A stretch of 64,000 nt of DNA from a virus. Its lineage: Duplodnaviria > Caudoviricetes. Location of the stretch: IMG/VR virus record IMGVR_UViG_2899275550_000002, positions 1,930 through 65,929 of that record; one strand, written 5' to 3'. Each line of letters starts with the position of its first letter. The stretch's first letter is position 1. The notes beneath the pieces were generated by a model, which saw nothing but the letters and a program-made list of their open reading frames with translations, searched no databases and had not been told where the DNA came from. The position numbers and the translations under genes are program-made. This document shows positions 1-8,658 of this stretch, piece after piece.

Positions 1-146
1 TACGGGCACTACAGAACGCCTGAAGGCCATACCAATCACCGACCGGGGGCAGGTGCCAAGGGGTACCCTTTCAGATACCGTATACAACCCTGACCCGAGC
101 TGGGCGAAATCCATTGTCAAGCTCGGGCGTACCTGCAGCTGTTGGG

Positions 147-503
147 CTATGGGCGGAACGCCTTGGGAAGGGCTACCGTCGCAGCACGGCCACAAACGAC
201 ACCTAGTACGATACCAACAAGATCGGCAAACCAATCGTAAAAGCTGCACTCCCGCCCGACATACGGCTGGATGATTTCAATCATCCCGCCAAAGCCCGCA
301 AAAGCAGGAACTGCAACCAGCAGCCAGCTAGGCCGGAAGAAGCTGATCGGGAAGGCTAGAGCTGCAAATGCAAGGGCGTGGTAAATCTTGTCCGACTGTT
401 CGACAGGTGCGGGAACATTGATGATTGGTGTCAGGGTAAGTGCCGCTATGCCCACCGCCAACAGGAAGGTCAGGCCAAGAGCAAGTTTGGATTGTAAGAG
501 CAT
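147..503 (-). CDS. VanZ-family membrane protein
   Basis: Hydrophobic helices with DKIYH, EIIQPYVGR and DWFADLVG motifs typical of VanZ-like proteins. Confidence 0.8.
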   Translation of the reverse strand: MLLQSKLALGLTFLLAVGIAALTLTPIINVPAPVEQSDKIYHALAFAALAFPISFFRPSWLLVAVPAFAGFGGMIEIIQPYVGRECSFYDWFADLVGIVLGVVCGRAATVALPKAFRP

Positions 504-637
504 CGAAATCCTTGAGCAGGTCGCATACCCTTGTTAGGGGAACATCTAGGGTAATTTTCATTATGATATCAGTCAGTTGACTCATTTATAGACTTAGTTA
601 TAATAGGTGCCTTCCTTCTCCTTTCCTGCAGCAAGCC

Positions 638-2070
638 GTGTCCCATAATCCTGATCATGAACAACTAGTTGCCCTGTCTGGAGCAGACCCTGAAACACGC
701 TTCTGGCACAGCGCAAATCCGGACAATTCAGTCCCCCTGTTCCAAGAAATCCAAGGGGACGTACCCTACAAGACCAGCCTCCGCAAAGCGGCCTATGACC
801 TGTATGGCCTGCTCCAGAAGAATAGCCCTGCCGTAGCTGAATCCCCAGCGCTTCCCCGTAAGCCAACTGATGACTTACTAATTTCCGTAATGTTGCTATT
901 GCACAGCCTGTCCTATATTGCGTCCCATCCCCGCATCTTGCGAGACGGAAAGACTTTCGATCAGCAGTATGTTGCGATCCCGCTGAACAAGAACGATTTC
1001 CGACCAAGTCAGAAGTACCAAGATCTGGCCTACAGCCCGTTTCGGAAAGCCGTGTCTGCTTTGAAGCATTTCGCGCTGGAAGGTGGCCGACCATGGATCG
1101 AGTACGTGCCAGGCTTCTTTGACCAGCAGACCAAGCAAGGCAGACGTACGCGCATCGCCCCTAGCAAAGATCTCTGTAATTGGATGCTGCAGCAGGGGCT
1201 GATCTTTCCCAGGCGGACCATCAGCACGACCCCGTCTGATCTGACGGAAAAGCATGGCGTGCTGCAAGTTTCAGTTCCGGACCCTGCTGACCCCGATAAG
1301 AAAATCAAGTTGTTGCTCGACCGTCCCGCGGTAGGTGACGAACTTGTCCTGCCTTTGCTGAATAAATGGCTGGCCAAGCTCGATGTTGCCTGCACGTTGT
1401 CTGACTACGACACCTACACAGCCCACTACGACTATAACCACGGGCATTCGCGGCTTTTTCTGGGCGGGAAAGAGCACTTCCGGCCGTGTTCACGGAGAAA
1501 GATGGCCGTGGGGGAAGGCTGTATGGGCGCTGGGTACAGAACGTCCCAAGCAAATTGCGCCAGTACCTGACCATCGAAGGGCAGCCCACCACCGAACTTG
1601 ATTACCGGAACATGCAGCTGGTCCTGCACTATGCGATGTCTGGAAAGGTTGTGCCTGATGGCGACCTTTATGAAATCGAGGGTCAGGACCGTGATTGGAT
1701 GAAAGCTGTGCTGACTGCCTCGTTGGGCGTGGCAACTAGGGATGACGCGCTGGGCGCATTACGTAAAAAACTTGTCGAAGCAAATCTGTCCCGTGCAGGC
1801 CGTGCAGAAGCACTGTACGACACCTTCTGGGGCCAACACAGCCGCGTCTATCCACATGGGGAAGGCGCAGAAGCGTTGTGGGGGAAGCTGCAGTACGCAG
1901 ACAGCCAAATTGCCCTTAGGGTCTTGCGCTATATGCTGGAACAGAACGTCCCTGCCATCCCGATCCACGACAGTTTCATCGTTCAGGAACAGCACTGGGA
2001 AAAGCTGCACATGGCCATGAGGACGGCTTGGCGGGATTTCTGGCCCCTTACACGGATTAGGATTAAATAA
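638..2070 (+). pseudogene. Frameshifted PolA/T7-RNAP-superfamily (TV-Pol-like) polymerase split into 638..1570 and 1486..2070
   Basis: 3' ORF has GGRLYG, ELDYRNMQ (motif A-like), LQYADSQIA and IHDSF (motif C); the 5' ORF runs into it with a -1 shift near 1481-1486 (EHFR|AVFTEK). Confidence 0.65.
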
Positions 2071-2173
2071 CGTTTGCCATATGGTCTTTAAGGTTACCCC
2101 GCCCGCCGCTGCTGCGAAATTGTCAAGTTAGCGGATTTGTGTGCTGTCTTTCCGAATGACTGCCGCTACGGCG

Positions 2174-3550
2174 TCAGGAATTCTTAAGGAATCCTAGGTC
2201 CACAGCATTCATGGCCGTGGCTTTAACTGATAGGGATGGACCGCTACCGTAACGACTGCCTTCGTTTGAGCCAGTGTGGCCCATGATAAACTCTTGAACG
2301 TCAATCGGCACGGCCGCATCCCGCAGCAAGTCCTTGTAGGTGTGACGAAGGCTATGCACGGTTACGCGAGAATCAGCTTGATCCTCACGGATCTTGCGAA
2401 CGTGCCGCATCAGGGACTTGGACGCGGCATTTTGTGCCTTACCATCCACATCTGTGCGGTAGCTGAACAGCCGTCCTTTGCCTGCAGGCCCAAGTTTAAG
2501 CATGTTCGGGACTGGGATTTCCCGCTGGGACCGGAAGTTCTTCACTATCTTGTTAACCCGGCTCAAGTCGAAGTACTGGATGCCGCCTTCGACCTTGATG
2601 TCGTCCCACTCGAGCAGGGCGGCTTCATCCAAGCGCATACCCGTGGACGCCAAGATACCCAAGCAAAGTCGATCCTGTTCCGGCATGAACAAGCTGAACA
2701 ACTTTTCTAGGTCGGACCGCTTAATGCTCTTGCGGGCAACTGGAGCCCTGCCCTTATTTGCCAACCTTAGTCCAAGGAAGGGGTTGGACTGCAGCCAGCC
2801 CTGTTCGGCCGCATGACCCAGCACAAGACGTACTGCGCCGACATCCCGCTGCAGCGTATTACGTGATGCCGTCTTGCCCAAGTCTGCCGCGAAACTACTG
2901 CCCTGTTGCGCAGTGATGCTGGCGATATCAACATCACCAGCGAATGCCTCGAACTTCTTAACGCCCCGCTCATAGTCATGCCGCGTCCGCTGCCGCTTGA
3001 AGGTCTGCGACGCAAAATACGCCGCAGCTGCTTCGGTCAGCTTCATGCCACCTGTTTCCTTTGCTGTCGCGCGATGCGCTTCCAGCTGTTCCTCAAACTC
3101 CTCGTACGCCGGTTGAACGTCATCTTGCATACGGGCGATCACCATACCTTCTTCAGGATCACGCATTCCGGGGTTTGGCAGATGAAGAACCATCATGGCC
3201 CGCCCCCTTACATCGTCGATCTGTTCACGAAGATCGTCATCCTGCCACTGGTGAGGGTCCCAATTCAGTCCACCGGGCAACACAGCTTGGAGACGTGCCG
3301 CAGCCACGGCGAGAGGGGTATAGACTTTCCCCTTTTCGTCGAACTGCGCGTAAATCTGGCCAGCGATCCCATGTAAACGCCGTTCCGCTTCCGCACGATC
3401 CGCCGTGCCCGCGCTGCGTCGTTCCTGCTTACGCTCGTTGAACGCTGGACGAAGGTCCGGGTGTATCGTCACTTGGACGTACCACTTGCCTTTAACCTGG
3501 ACGAGTTTTGCGGCTGGGTAGGTCATCGTAATGTCCGAAATAATGTCCAC
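2174..3550 (-). CDS. int: Tyrosine recombinase/integrase with DUF6538-like N-terminus
   Basis: Catalytic signature TGMRLDEA (R), HSLRH (HxxR), MGH, RYG (Y); true start may be the ATG of MTYPAAKL. Confidence 0.92.
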   Translation of the reverse strand: MDIISDITMTYPAAKLVQVKGKWYVQVTIHPDLRPAFNERKQERRSAGTADRAEAERRLHGIAGQIYAQFDEKGKVYTPLAVAAARLQAVLPGGLNWDPHQWQDDDLREQIDDVRGRAMMVLHLPNPGMRDPEEGMVIARMQDDVQPAYEEFEEQLEAHRATAKETGGMKLTEAAAAYFASQTFKRQRTRHDYERGVKKFEAFAGDVDIASITAQQGSSFAADLGKTASRNTLQRDVGAVRLVLGHAAEQGWLQSNPFLGLRLANKGRAPVARKSIKRSDLEKLFSLFMPEQDRLCLGILASTGMRLDEAALLEWDDIKVEGGIQYFDLSRVNKIVKNFRSQREIPVPNMLKLGPAGKGRLFSYRTDVDGKAQNAASKSLMRHVRKIREDQADSRVTVHSLRHTYKDLLRDAAVPIDVQEFIMGHTGSNEGSRYGSGPSLSVKATAMNAVDLGFLKNS

Positions 3551-3612
3551 CGCAATGTCGTGCGGGCATGAACATTCAACCAGACAAGGGAATCAAGGGC
3601 AATAGGTGTGGG

Positions 3613-3626
3613 TGGCGGAGACGAAG
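3613..3626 (-). other. Putative att site: 3' remnant of a tRNA-Ser (cttcgtctccgcca)
   Basis: Minus strand reads ...CGTCTCCGCCA, like a tRNA-Ser acceptor end with CCA; lies between the prophage end and the second integrase; only 11-14 nt, no full tRNA. Confidence 0.45.
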
Positions 3627-3690
3627 TTATCTAAACTTGCCGCTCAAACCCAGCAATTGCTAGGGGTAATCGCCAAACTGTGCCGCAAAT

Positions 3691-3711
3691 TGTGAACCAT
3701 AATGTGAACCA
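3691..3711 (+). repeat. Direct repeat TGTGAACCA x2, possible integrase arm-type sites
   Basis: Copies at 3691 and 3703, about 70 nt from the att-like site. Confidence 0.35.
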
Positions 3712-3866
3712 AATCTAGTACTATTTCTTAGCCTGATCAGGTGATGATGCGCCTTTGTAGGCGCGTAAGATAGCGTGAAGCCACGCGCGGTCGGGCGGGC
3801 GACATACGCAGACCATTGCAGAATCAAAGGCGCTTTGTAGGATTGAGACTTTAGCGGGGCGCAGCT

Positions 3867-4508
3867 TTGAACAACGTGGTTTTCCAAGGCATTGACATTG
3901 GAACGGGGGGGGCGGGCGTTCCTGTCTTCGCAGAGTGCCCCAATTGCGGCCCGACGGTTGCCTTAGCACCCAGAATGCCAGGTAGAATTGTTTTACAAGA
4001 CGTGCTGCTGGAGTGTCAGTCGTGTGGAGGCGGTGCTGAACCGATCCCTGGCAAGTATACCTTTGAAATGTCCGTATTTCCTATGCTGGCGTCGGCAAGT
4101 TTAACCCGACAGCAGGCCCGGCGTTTCCTGAAGAAGGCCGAAAAATCGAAATCACTGGAATCTCTGGAACAAGTCAGCGAAACAATCAACCCGGCCTTGG
4201 CTCAAGCGGTCAGTCTCGCCAAAGCAGACAGTAACCCTTTTTCGTCAATCAAAAAGCTATGCAGGATGGTTGCTTTTTTGGGTTCTATTTCCGTTAGGAC
4301 TTTAGGTGGAATTGGATCTGCGGCTGGCGGTATGTACGCACTTGATGAAGCATGGAAACGGTACAATACTTGGTCTGAATCCTCAACGATTGACCAAGGT
4401 CCGAAGTCACAAGCTCATCCAAATCTTCCCGACACTAATGCCAGCCCCAAACGCAAACCCGACCTGAAACCATCGAGCGCCAAGAGCAGAGAACAGAAGG
4501 GCTACTAG
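3867..4508 (+). CDS. Hypothetical moron protein with N-terminal Zn-ribbon
   Basis: 213-aa ORF, CPNC and CQSC pairs, lower GC, opposite strand to the early arm; TTG start uncertain. Confidence 0.6.
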   Translation: MNNVVFQGIDIGTGGAGVPVFAECPNCGPTVALAPRMPGRIVLQDVLLECQSCGGGAEPIPGKYTFEMSVFPMLASASLTRQQARRFLKKAEKSKSLESLEQVSETINPALAQAVSLAKADSNPFSSIKKLCRMVAFLGSISVRTLGGIGSAAGGMYALDEAWKRYNTWSESSTIDQGPKSQAHPNLPDTNASPKRKPDLKPSSAKSREQKGY

Positions 4509-4735
4509 CGGGAAGTGCAGGATGGATGACATCATTGCCTCCTGGGTCTCGTTATGAACCTACATCTATCTAATAGATGTCCTAACAACCCGTTAATTAC
4601 AACATGAGCAATTTCAGCGTACGCAGTGTTGCGCGAACCTTGCGGCCACCACGACTACGGGGTCGCCATGAATGGCCTGTAACCTCGAGACAATGTTTTG
4701 GATATCGGACACCTTTCTCTGGGCAGATGAGCATG

Positions 4736-4957
4736 TCAGGCTATCCGTCCCTTCAACAGAGCCCGAGCCCGCTCGACAGGGCTATTCATTTCTCGGGCGG
4801 CCACCATCAGCCGCGCCGCCTCAAGCTCGCGGTCGATCCGCTCGAAGATCGGCAGCGCCTGCGCGTCGTGGTCGACGGCGCGGGCCGCGATCATCAGCGC
4901 GCGTTCGAGGCGCGCGACAAAGGCCGGGCTGATGGCCTGGCGGGCGTGCGCGGTCAC
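4736..4957 (-). CDS. Phage hypothetical protein
   Basis: Last gene of a chain of 4-nt-overlapping minus-strand ORFs. Confidence 0.7.
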   Translation of the reverse strand: MTAHARQAISPAFVARLERALMIAARAVDHDAQALPIFERIDRELEAARLMVAAREMNSPVERARALLKGRIA

Positions 4958-5292
4958 GGGGCGGGCTCCTTGGCGATCTTGGCGAGGGCGGCGTCGGCTG
5001 CGAGGCGGGCGCGCTGGAGGTCCGCAAACATCCCTTTCGTGTTCACCTTGTCCGACTTGAGGATATGTTCAGCAAGGCCAGCCATGACGTCCCGCGCATC
5101 CGTCAGCGCCGCATACAGATCGTCGGCAGGGGCGACGCGGCGGTGGGTGTATAGCGGGGTCACGCGCCACGCCGTCGCATAGGCAGCTCGCCGCTCGGCG
5201 TGCGCCTTGTCGGTGGTCACGCTGGTTTCGCCCTCCCATGCCAGATCCTCGCAGAGCCAGGCGGCGGGATCGTCGGTCAGTCGTTCGGTCAT
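4954..5292 (-). CDS. Phage hypothetical protein
   Basis: Start MTERLTDD overlaps the upstream stop (ATGA). Confidence 0.7.
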   Translation of the reverse strand: MTERLTDDPAAWLCEDLAWEGETSVTTDKAHAERRAAYATAWRVTPLYTHRRVAPADDLYAALTDARDVMAGLAEHILKSDKVNTKGMFADLQRARLAADAALAKIAKEPAP

Positions 5293-5552
5293 ACCCCTGC
5301 CCTCCCCCACGGCGACGGCGCCCGGCGGCTTTCCAGCATCTCGGGCCCCAGGTTCTTGCGCACCGCCAGATCGGCCGGCACCAGCGCGATGTGGTGCGGC
5401 TTGACCTCGGCGCGGTCGGGGATCGTCACGGCGGCCTTGTCCAGCCAGACGCCATCCTGCCCATGCGGGCGCTGCGTGACCAGGTAGCCGGTGTCCGTCT
5501 CATTCAGGATCCGGCACGGGATCGGGACGATGTGAGGGGTCAGGTCAGGCAT
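5289..5552 (-). CDS. Phage hypothetical protein
   Basis: Translationally coupled ORF in the early arm. Confidence 0.7.
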   Translation of the reverse strand: MPDLTPHIVPIPCRILNETDTGYLVTQRPHGQDGVWLDKAAVTIPDRAEVKPHHIALVPADLAVRKNLGPEMLESRRAPSPWGRAGV

Positions 5553-5838
5553 GGTGGGCTCCGATCCGCATCATTTCAGAAAAATGCGCCCCGTAGACAG
5601 CTCGCAGGTACTTCTGGCCCTTGACCGTCAGAACCCATTGGTTGCCCATCTTCCGATCCTGCCGGATTAGATGATGCCAATGCAGTATCTCGATAGCTGT
5701 GCTGCCGTGGCTATATCCAAAGGCGGTTTTCAGAACGCCCTGATTGACCACAGTGCGAGGGGAAATATCCCCAAAATTGGCAGACCCGTGGCCTCGCTCA
5801 ATTTCATGATCCGAAATGATCTCAGTAGGGTTACCCAT
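5545..5838 (-). CDS. Phage hypothetical protein
   Basis: 97 aa, SD (aaggga), lower GC, overlaps next gene. Confidence 0.7.
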   Translation of the reverse strand: MGNPTEIISDHEIERGHGSANFGDISPRTVVNQGVLKTAFGYSHGSTAIEILHWHHLIRQDRKMGNQWVLTVKGQKYLRAVYGAHFSEMMRIGAHHA

Positions 5839-5905
5839 TGCTAGTCCCTTTCGCTACGGTCGCTCGGGATGGGGGCGGTCGCGCCGCCCCGCACCAGAAC
5901 GGCCC

Positions 5906-6889
5906 TTATCGATTGCCGATTTCGGGGATGCCCATCATCAGCGGCACGCCGGTGTGCTGCGCGGCCTCGTCAAGCGCCTCGCGGGCGGCATCCCGCAGCG
6001 CGGCGTCGGGGTTGTAGAGGGTCGCGAAGAACCGCACGTCCTGGCCTGCCTTGCGGTACCGGAACCGGACGGCAAGGCGGTAAAGCGCGCCTTCCTCGAA
6101 CACCGGGATCGCGATCATGAACAGGTTGGGCAGGCGCAGGGGCTGACCGTCAGGCGTCCGATGCTCATCCAGGAACTGCACTTGGGTTTCGCCCGTGTCG
6201 CGGTTCGTCGTGACGTTCAGGTGCCCCGTCTCGTGGACGGCAAAGCTGCGGGACAGCTGGACCAGGGTGGAATACTGGCCGAACCGGCCCTGGAGCTGCG
6301 CGGCCACCTCGATCATGCGCTGTTCCCAAGGCTCGGCCCCGTCGATGTTGCCGCTCAAGAGCTTCGGCGTCGGATCGAGCAAGTCCTTGGCGTTCTCCTC
6401 GATGAACTCGCCAAACTCGTCCTTGGTCAGGGCCTTGCCGCTGATGCCGGTCCACCGCTTCCATTCATCGGACACCGGAAACTGATAGAGGGCGGTGTGG
6501 CGACCATAGTTGGCGCTCGGATCGCCCTGCCCCTGCTTCAGGTCCGGGGCACCTTCGCCGTGATAGTCGATGATCGAAACCAGCTGGGGCCGAGGCTGCA
6601 GCTGCCCGAACAGCACCGTGTCATCGCCCTTGAAGCGATTGGTCCACTCGATCAGGCTGGGCAGATCGGACAGGACCGCCTTGCCGGTGCGCTGCAGCGG
6701 CTTGAACTGTTCCAGGATGGCCTGATGCTTCTGGGTCAGATCATGCAGCACCATGCCTTTCGGCGCAGCGACGATGAACGGCACCTCGGCGTCGTCAGAG
6801 CTGGGCGTGCTGACCGTCTGGACGGTTCCAAAGTCGCCCAGGTGTTCGAGGATGGTTTCAGCCACGTTCTTGCAGGGTTCTTGGCTCAC
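5906..6889 (-). CDS. DUF2303 (YfdQ-like) phage protein
   Basis: Motifs SLIEWTNRF, SDEWKRW, FGEFIEEN, LFMIAIPVFEEG, RFRYR. Confidence 0.8.
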   Translation of the reverse strand: MSQEPCKNVAETILEHLGDFGTVQTVSTPSSDDAEVPFIVAAPKGMVLHDLTQKHQAILEQFKPLQRTGKAVLSDLPSLIEWTNRFKGDDTVLFGQLQPRPQLVSIIDYHGEGAPDLKQGQGDPSANYGRHTALYQFPVSDEWKRWTGISGKALTKDEFGEFIEENAKDLLDPTPKLLSGNIDGAEPWEQRMIEVAAQLQGRFGQYSTLVQLSRSFAVHETGHLNVTTNRDTGETQVQFLDEHRTPDGQPLRLPNLFMIAIPVFEEGALYRLAVRFRYRKAGQDVRFFATLYNPDAALRDAAREALDEAAQHTGVPLMMGIPEIGNR

Positions 6890-6900
6890 AGGTTCTCTCC

Positions 6901-7260
6901 TTATTCAGCGGTGCGCAGTTCACGGCGGCCGCCGACATCGCGGACCTCCATGCGGGACTGTGCGGGGTTGTGGGTGGTCAGGGCGCCGTCGCCGGTGATC
7001 CAGCCGATGGCCTTGTGCTTCGGCGGCTTGGGGCCGACGATCTTGTCCTCGATCGCCATTTCCATCTGGCCGTGCCGGTCCAGCTTCATGTCGATGGTGA
7101 TGGTGATCTTGCCCTTGGCGGCGGTGCCGAAGTCGTGGGCGAATTGCTTCATCTCGACGTTGTTTGTCTCGATGCGCGCCAGCAGGTCGGGCAGGTAATC
7201 GCCGTTGTCGGCAAGCGATAGCAGCTGGTCGATGCTGCGCAATTCGGGGGCTTTGTTCAC
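6901..7260 (-). CDS. Phage hypothetical protein (usual DUF2303 partner)
   Basis: KGKITITI...LTTHNPAQ pattern, SD ggag, directly upstream of DUF2303. Confidence 0.75.
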   Translation of the reverse strand: MNKAPELRSIDQLLSLADNGDYLPDLLARIETNNVEMKQFAHDFGTAAKGKITITIDMKLDRHGQMEMAIEDKIVGPKPPKHKAIGWITGDGALTTHNPAQSRMEVRDVGGRRELRTAE

Positions 7261-7275
7261 ATCAGTCTCCTTGGG

Positions 7276-7587
7276 TTAAAAGTTGAGGGCCGCGGGTTCG
7301 GGCGTCAGGTCAAACCCGCGCCCGCCGTCCAGCTGGGCCAGCTCCTGATCCATGCTGTAGGCCTTGGGCGTGCCCTGCATGACGGGGGTGCCCGCGCCGC
7401 GCAGACGGTTGCTCCAGCCCTTCTCGCGGGCTGTGCGGGCGACGTGCCGGGCGGTCACACCCCATTCCCGGCAGGCGGGATAGCGGGACACCAGATCGTC
7501 CGCGATTTGTGCGCTGGTGCGTTCCCAGGTGAACTCGGTGCAGTCGTGGTGCAGGATCGCCGCAAGGGCCATGGTGCGCGGGGTCAT
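7276..7587 (-). CDS. Phage hypothetical protein, possible HTH
   Basis: SAQIADDL...TARHVART helix pattern; coupled ORF. Confidence 0.65.
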   Translation of the reverse strand: MTPRTMALAAILHHDCTEFTWERTSAQIADDLVSRYPACREWGVTARHVARTAREKGWSNRLRGAGTPVMQGTPKAYSMDQELAQLDGGRGFDLTPEPAALNF

Positions 7588-7874
7588 GCGACACCGCCTT
7601 TCGGCTCATAGGCGGTCCCGTCCCGGAACATCACCTTGACCAGATTGCCGTCCTCCTGGTGCAGGGACCGGATCAAGGGGTGCCCACCGAAGATAGCACC
7701 GGGTTCCCCCGCCTCGTGACGTGCGATCAGATCGTCCTTTGTCTCGAAAGACATAAGCCCGGCACGCAGCAGGATGCGGACGGCGTCAACTTCTGACCTA
7801 GTGCGGACCTTGGCGCGGAATGCCTCGATCTGCCCCAGCAGCCCGTCGCCCAACTCATAGACACGCCGGGTCAT
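7584..7874 (-). CDS. Putative ribbon-helix-helix DNA-binding protein
   Basis: N-terminal RRVYEL strand followed by IEAFR...RSEVDAVRILL helices. Confidence 0.6.
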   Translation of the reverse strand: MTRRVYELGDGLLGQIEAFRAKVRTRSEVDAVRILLRAGLMSFETKDDLIARHEAGEPGAIFGGHPLIRSLHQEDGNLVKVMFRDGTAYEPKGGVA

Positions 7875-8047
7875 GCGGCACCGCCTGACTGCGCCGCGAA
7901 CTCCCCCGCAGCGGTGATGACCAGCCCGCGCTTGCCCCTTGTGGCGAACCCAGCACTGACCAGTTCCGCGACCGGGTTCTTCGCCTTGGCAGGCGCGCTG
8001 CCCGTGCTGGCGAGCTGATCCAGCAGCTTCTTGGCCTCGGGGCTCAT
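7871..8047 (-). CDS. Small phage hypothetical protein (58 aa, not in ORF track)
   Basis: MSPEAKKLLDQLAS...; fills the gap with 4-nt overlaps on both sides. Confidence 0.65.
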   Translation of the reverse strand: MSPEAKKLLDQLASTGSAPAKAKNPVAELVSAGFATRGKRGLVITAAGEFAAQSGGAA

Positions 8048-8271
8048 GCCGTCACCTCGGCCAGCTCATAGCCGCGCATGAACCCGGCCACGTCGCCCAG
8101 GTAATAGTCGGCGCCCATCTGCATCGGGTCAGAGCCCTCGCAGTAGAAGTAATCGCCAAGGCGCGTGGCCATGACCGGGTTGCGGTGGATCAGGTTCGCA
8201 TCCGCAGGGTGCAGGATGATGCGCGAGAAATCGGGGATTGCCTCGAAGTCGTGGCGGAGGGGGCCGGTCAT
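8044..8271 (-). CDS. Phage hypothetical protein
   Basis: Coupled ORF, 75 aa. Confidence 0.7.
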   Translation of the reverse strand: MTGPLRHDFEAIPDFSRIILHPADANLIHRNPVMATRLGDYFYCEGSDPMQMGADYYLGDVAGFMRGYELAEVTA

Positions 8272-8555
8272 TGAACCAGCCCTGCATTGCGCAGTGCCAG
8301 CTCGCCAGCACCTTCCCCATTGTCCCGGTCGAACAGGCGCGTGTCGATTTCGTCGCGGGCGAAGTTGAGCTTCATCACCCGGCCCTTGAGATAGTCGAAA
8401 TAGGGGCGTTCCCCCCGGTCGGCCAGCAATTGGGCCGCCTCGTCCTCGGTCATGGGCTCGGGGGTGAAATGTATGAACCCCATGCCTAGGGGCTGCGATG
8501 CGTTGTAGAGGGCTGCAAGTGCCTTCGGCTTATCGGCGTCTGCGATCTTGAACAT
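8268..8555 (-). CDS. Phage hypothetical protein
   Basis: Start MFKIADAD with GAGGA SD; ALYNASQPLGMG and YFDYLKGRVMK blocks look conserved. Confidence 0.75.
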   Translation of the reverse strand: MFKIADADKPKALAALYNASQPLGMGFIHFTPEPMTEDEAAQLLADRGERPYFDYLKGRVMKLNFARDEIDTRLFDRDNGEGAGELALRNAGLVQ

Positions 8556-8658
8556 CGGTTGATCCTCGATCTGTTGAAAAGGGCGGGCCGGTGCGGTTCG
8601 CTTCCCGGCCCGCCAGTTCTCCCCGCGCGCCACAGGCGACGGGCGGCGGGGAATGGGG

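Larger units (their letters stand above)
1..3612. mobile_element. Right end of an integrative element/genomic island, continuing left of the window
   Basis: Own tyrosine integrase beside an att-like site, lower GC than the prophage, polymerase-like cargo; left boundary not visible. Confidence 0.5.

Noticed and set aside
1466-1472. GGGAAAG as a programmed -1 frameshift site
   Set aside because: Out of phase with the upstream ORF (codons are GGG AAA G, not G GGA AAG)
3560-3700. Intact tRNA or tmRNA gene
   Set aside because: Only the last 11-14 nt resemble a tRNA end; no T-arm or cloverleaf upstream
3692-3709. GAAC...GAAC as a LexA box
   Set aside because: Spacer is 8 nt, not 7; treated as a direct repeat
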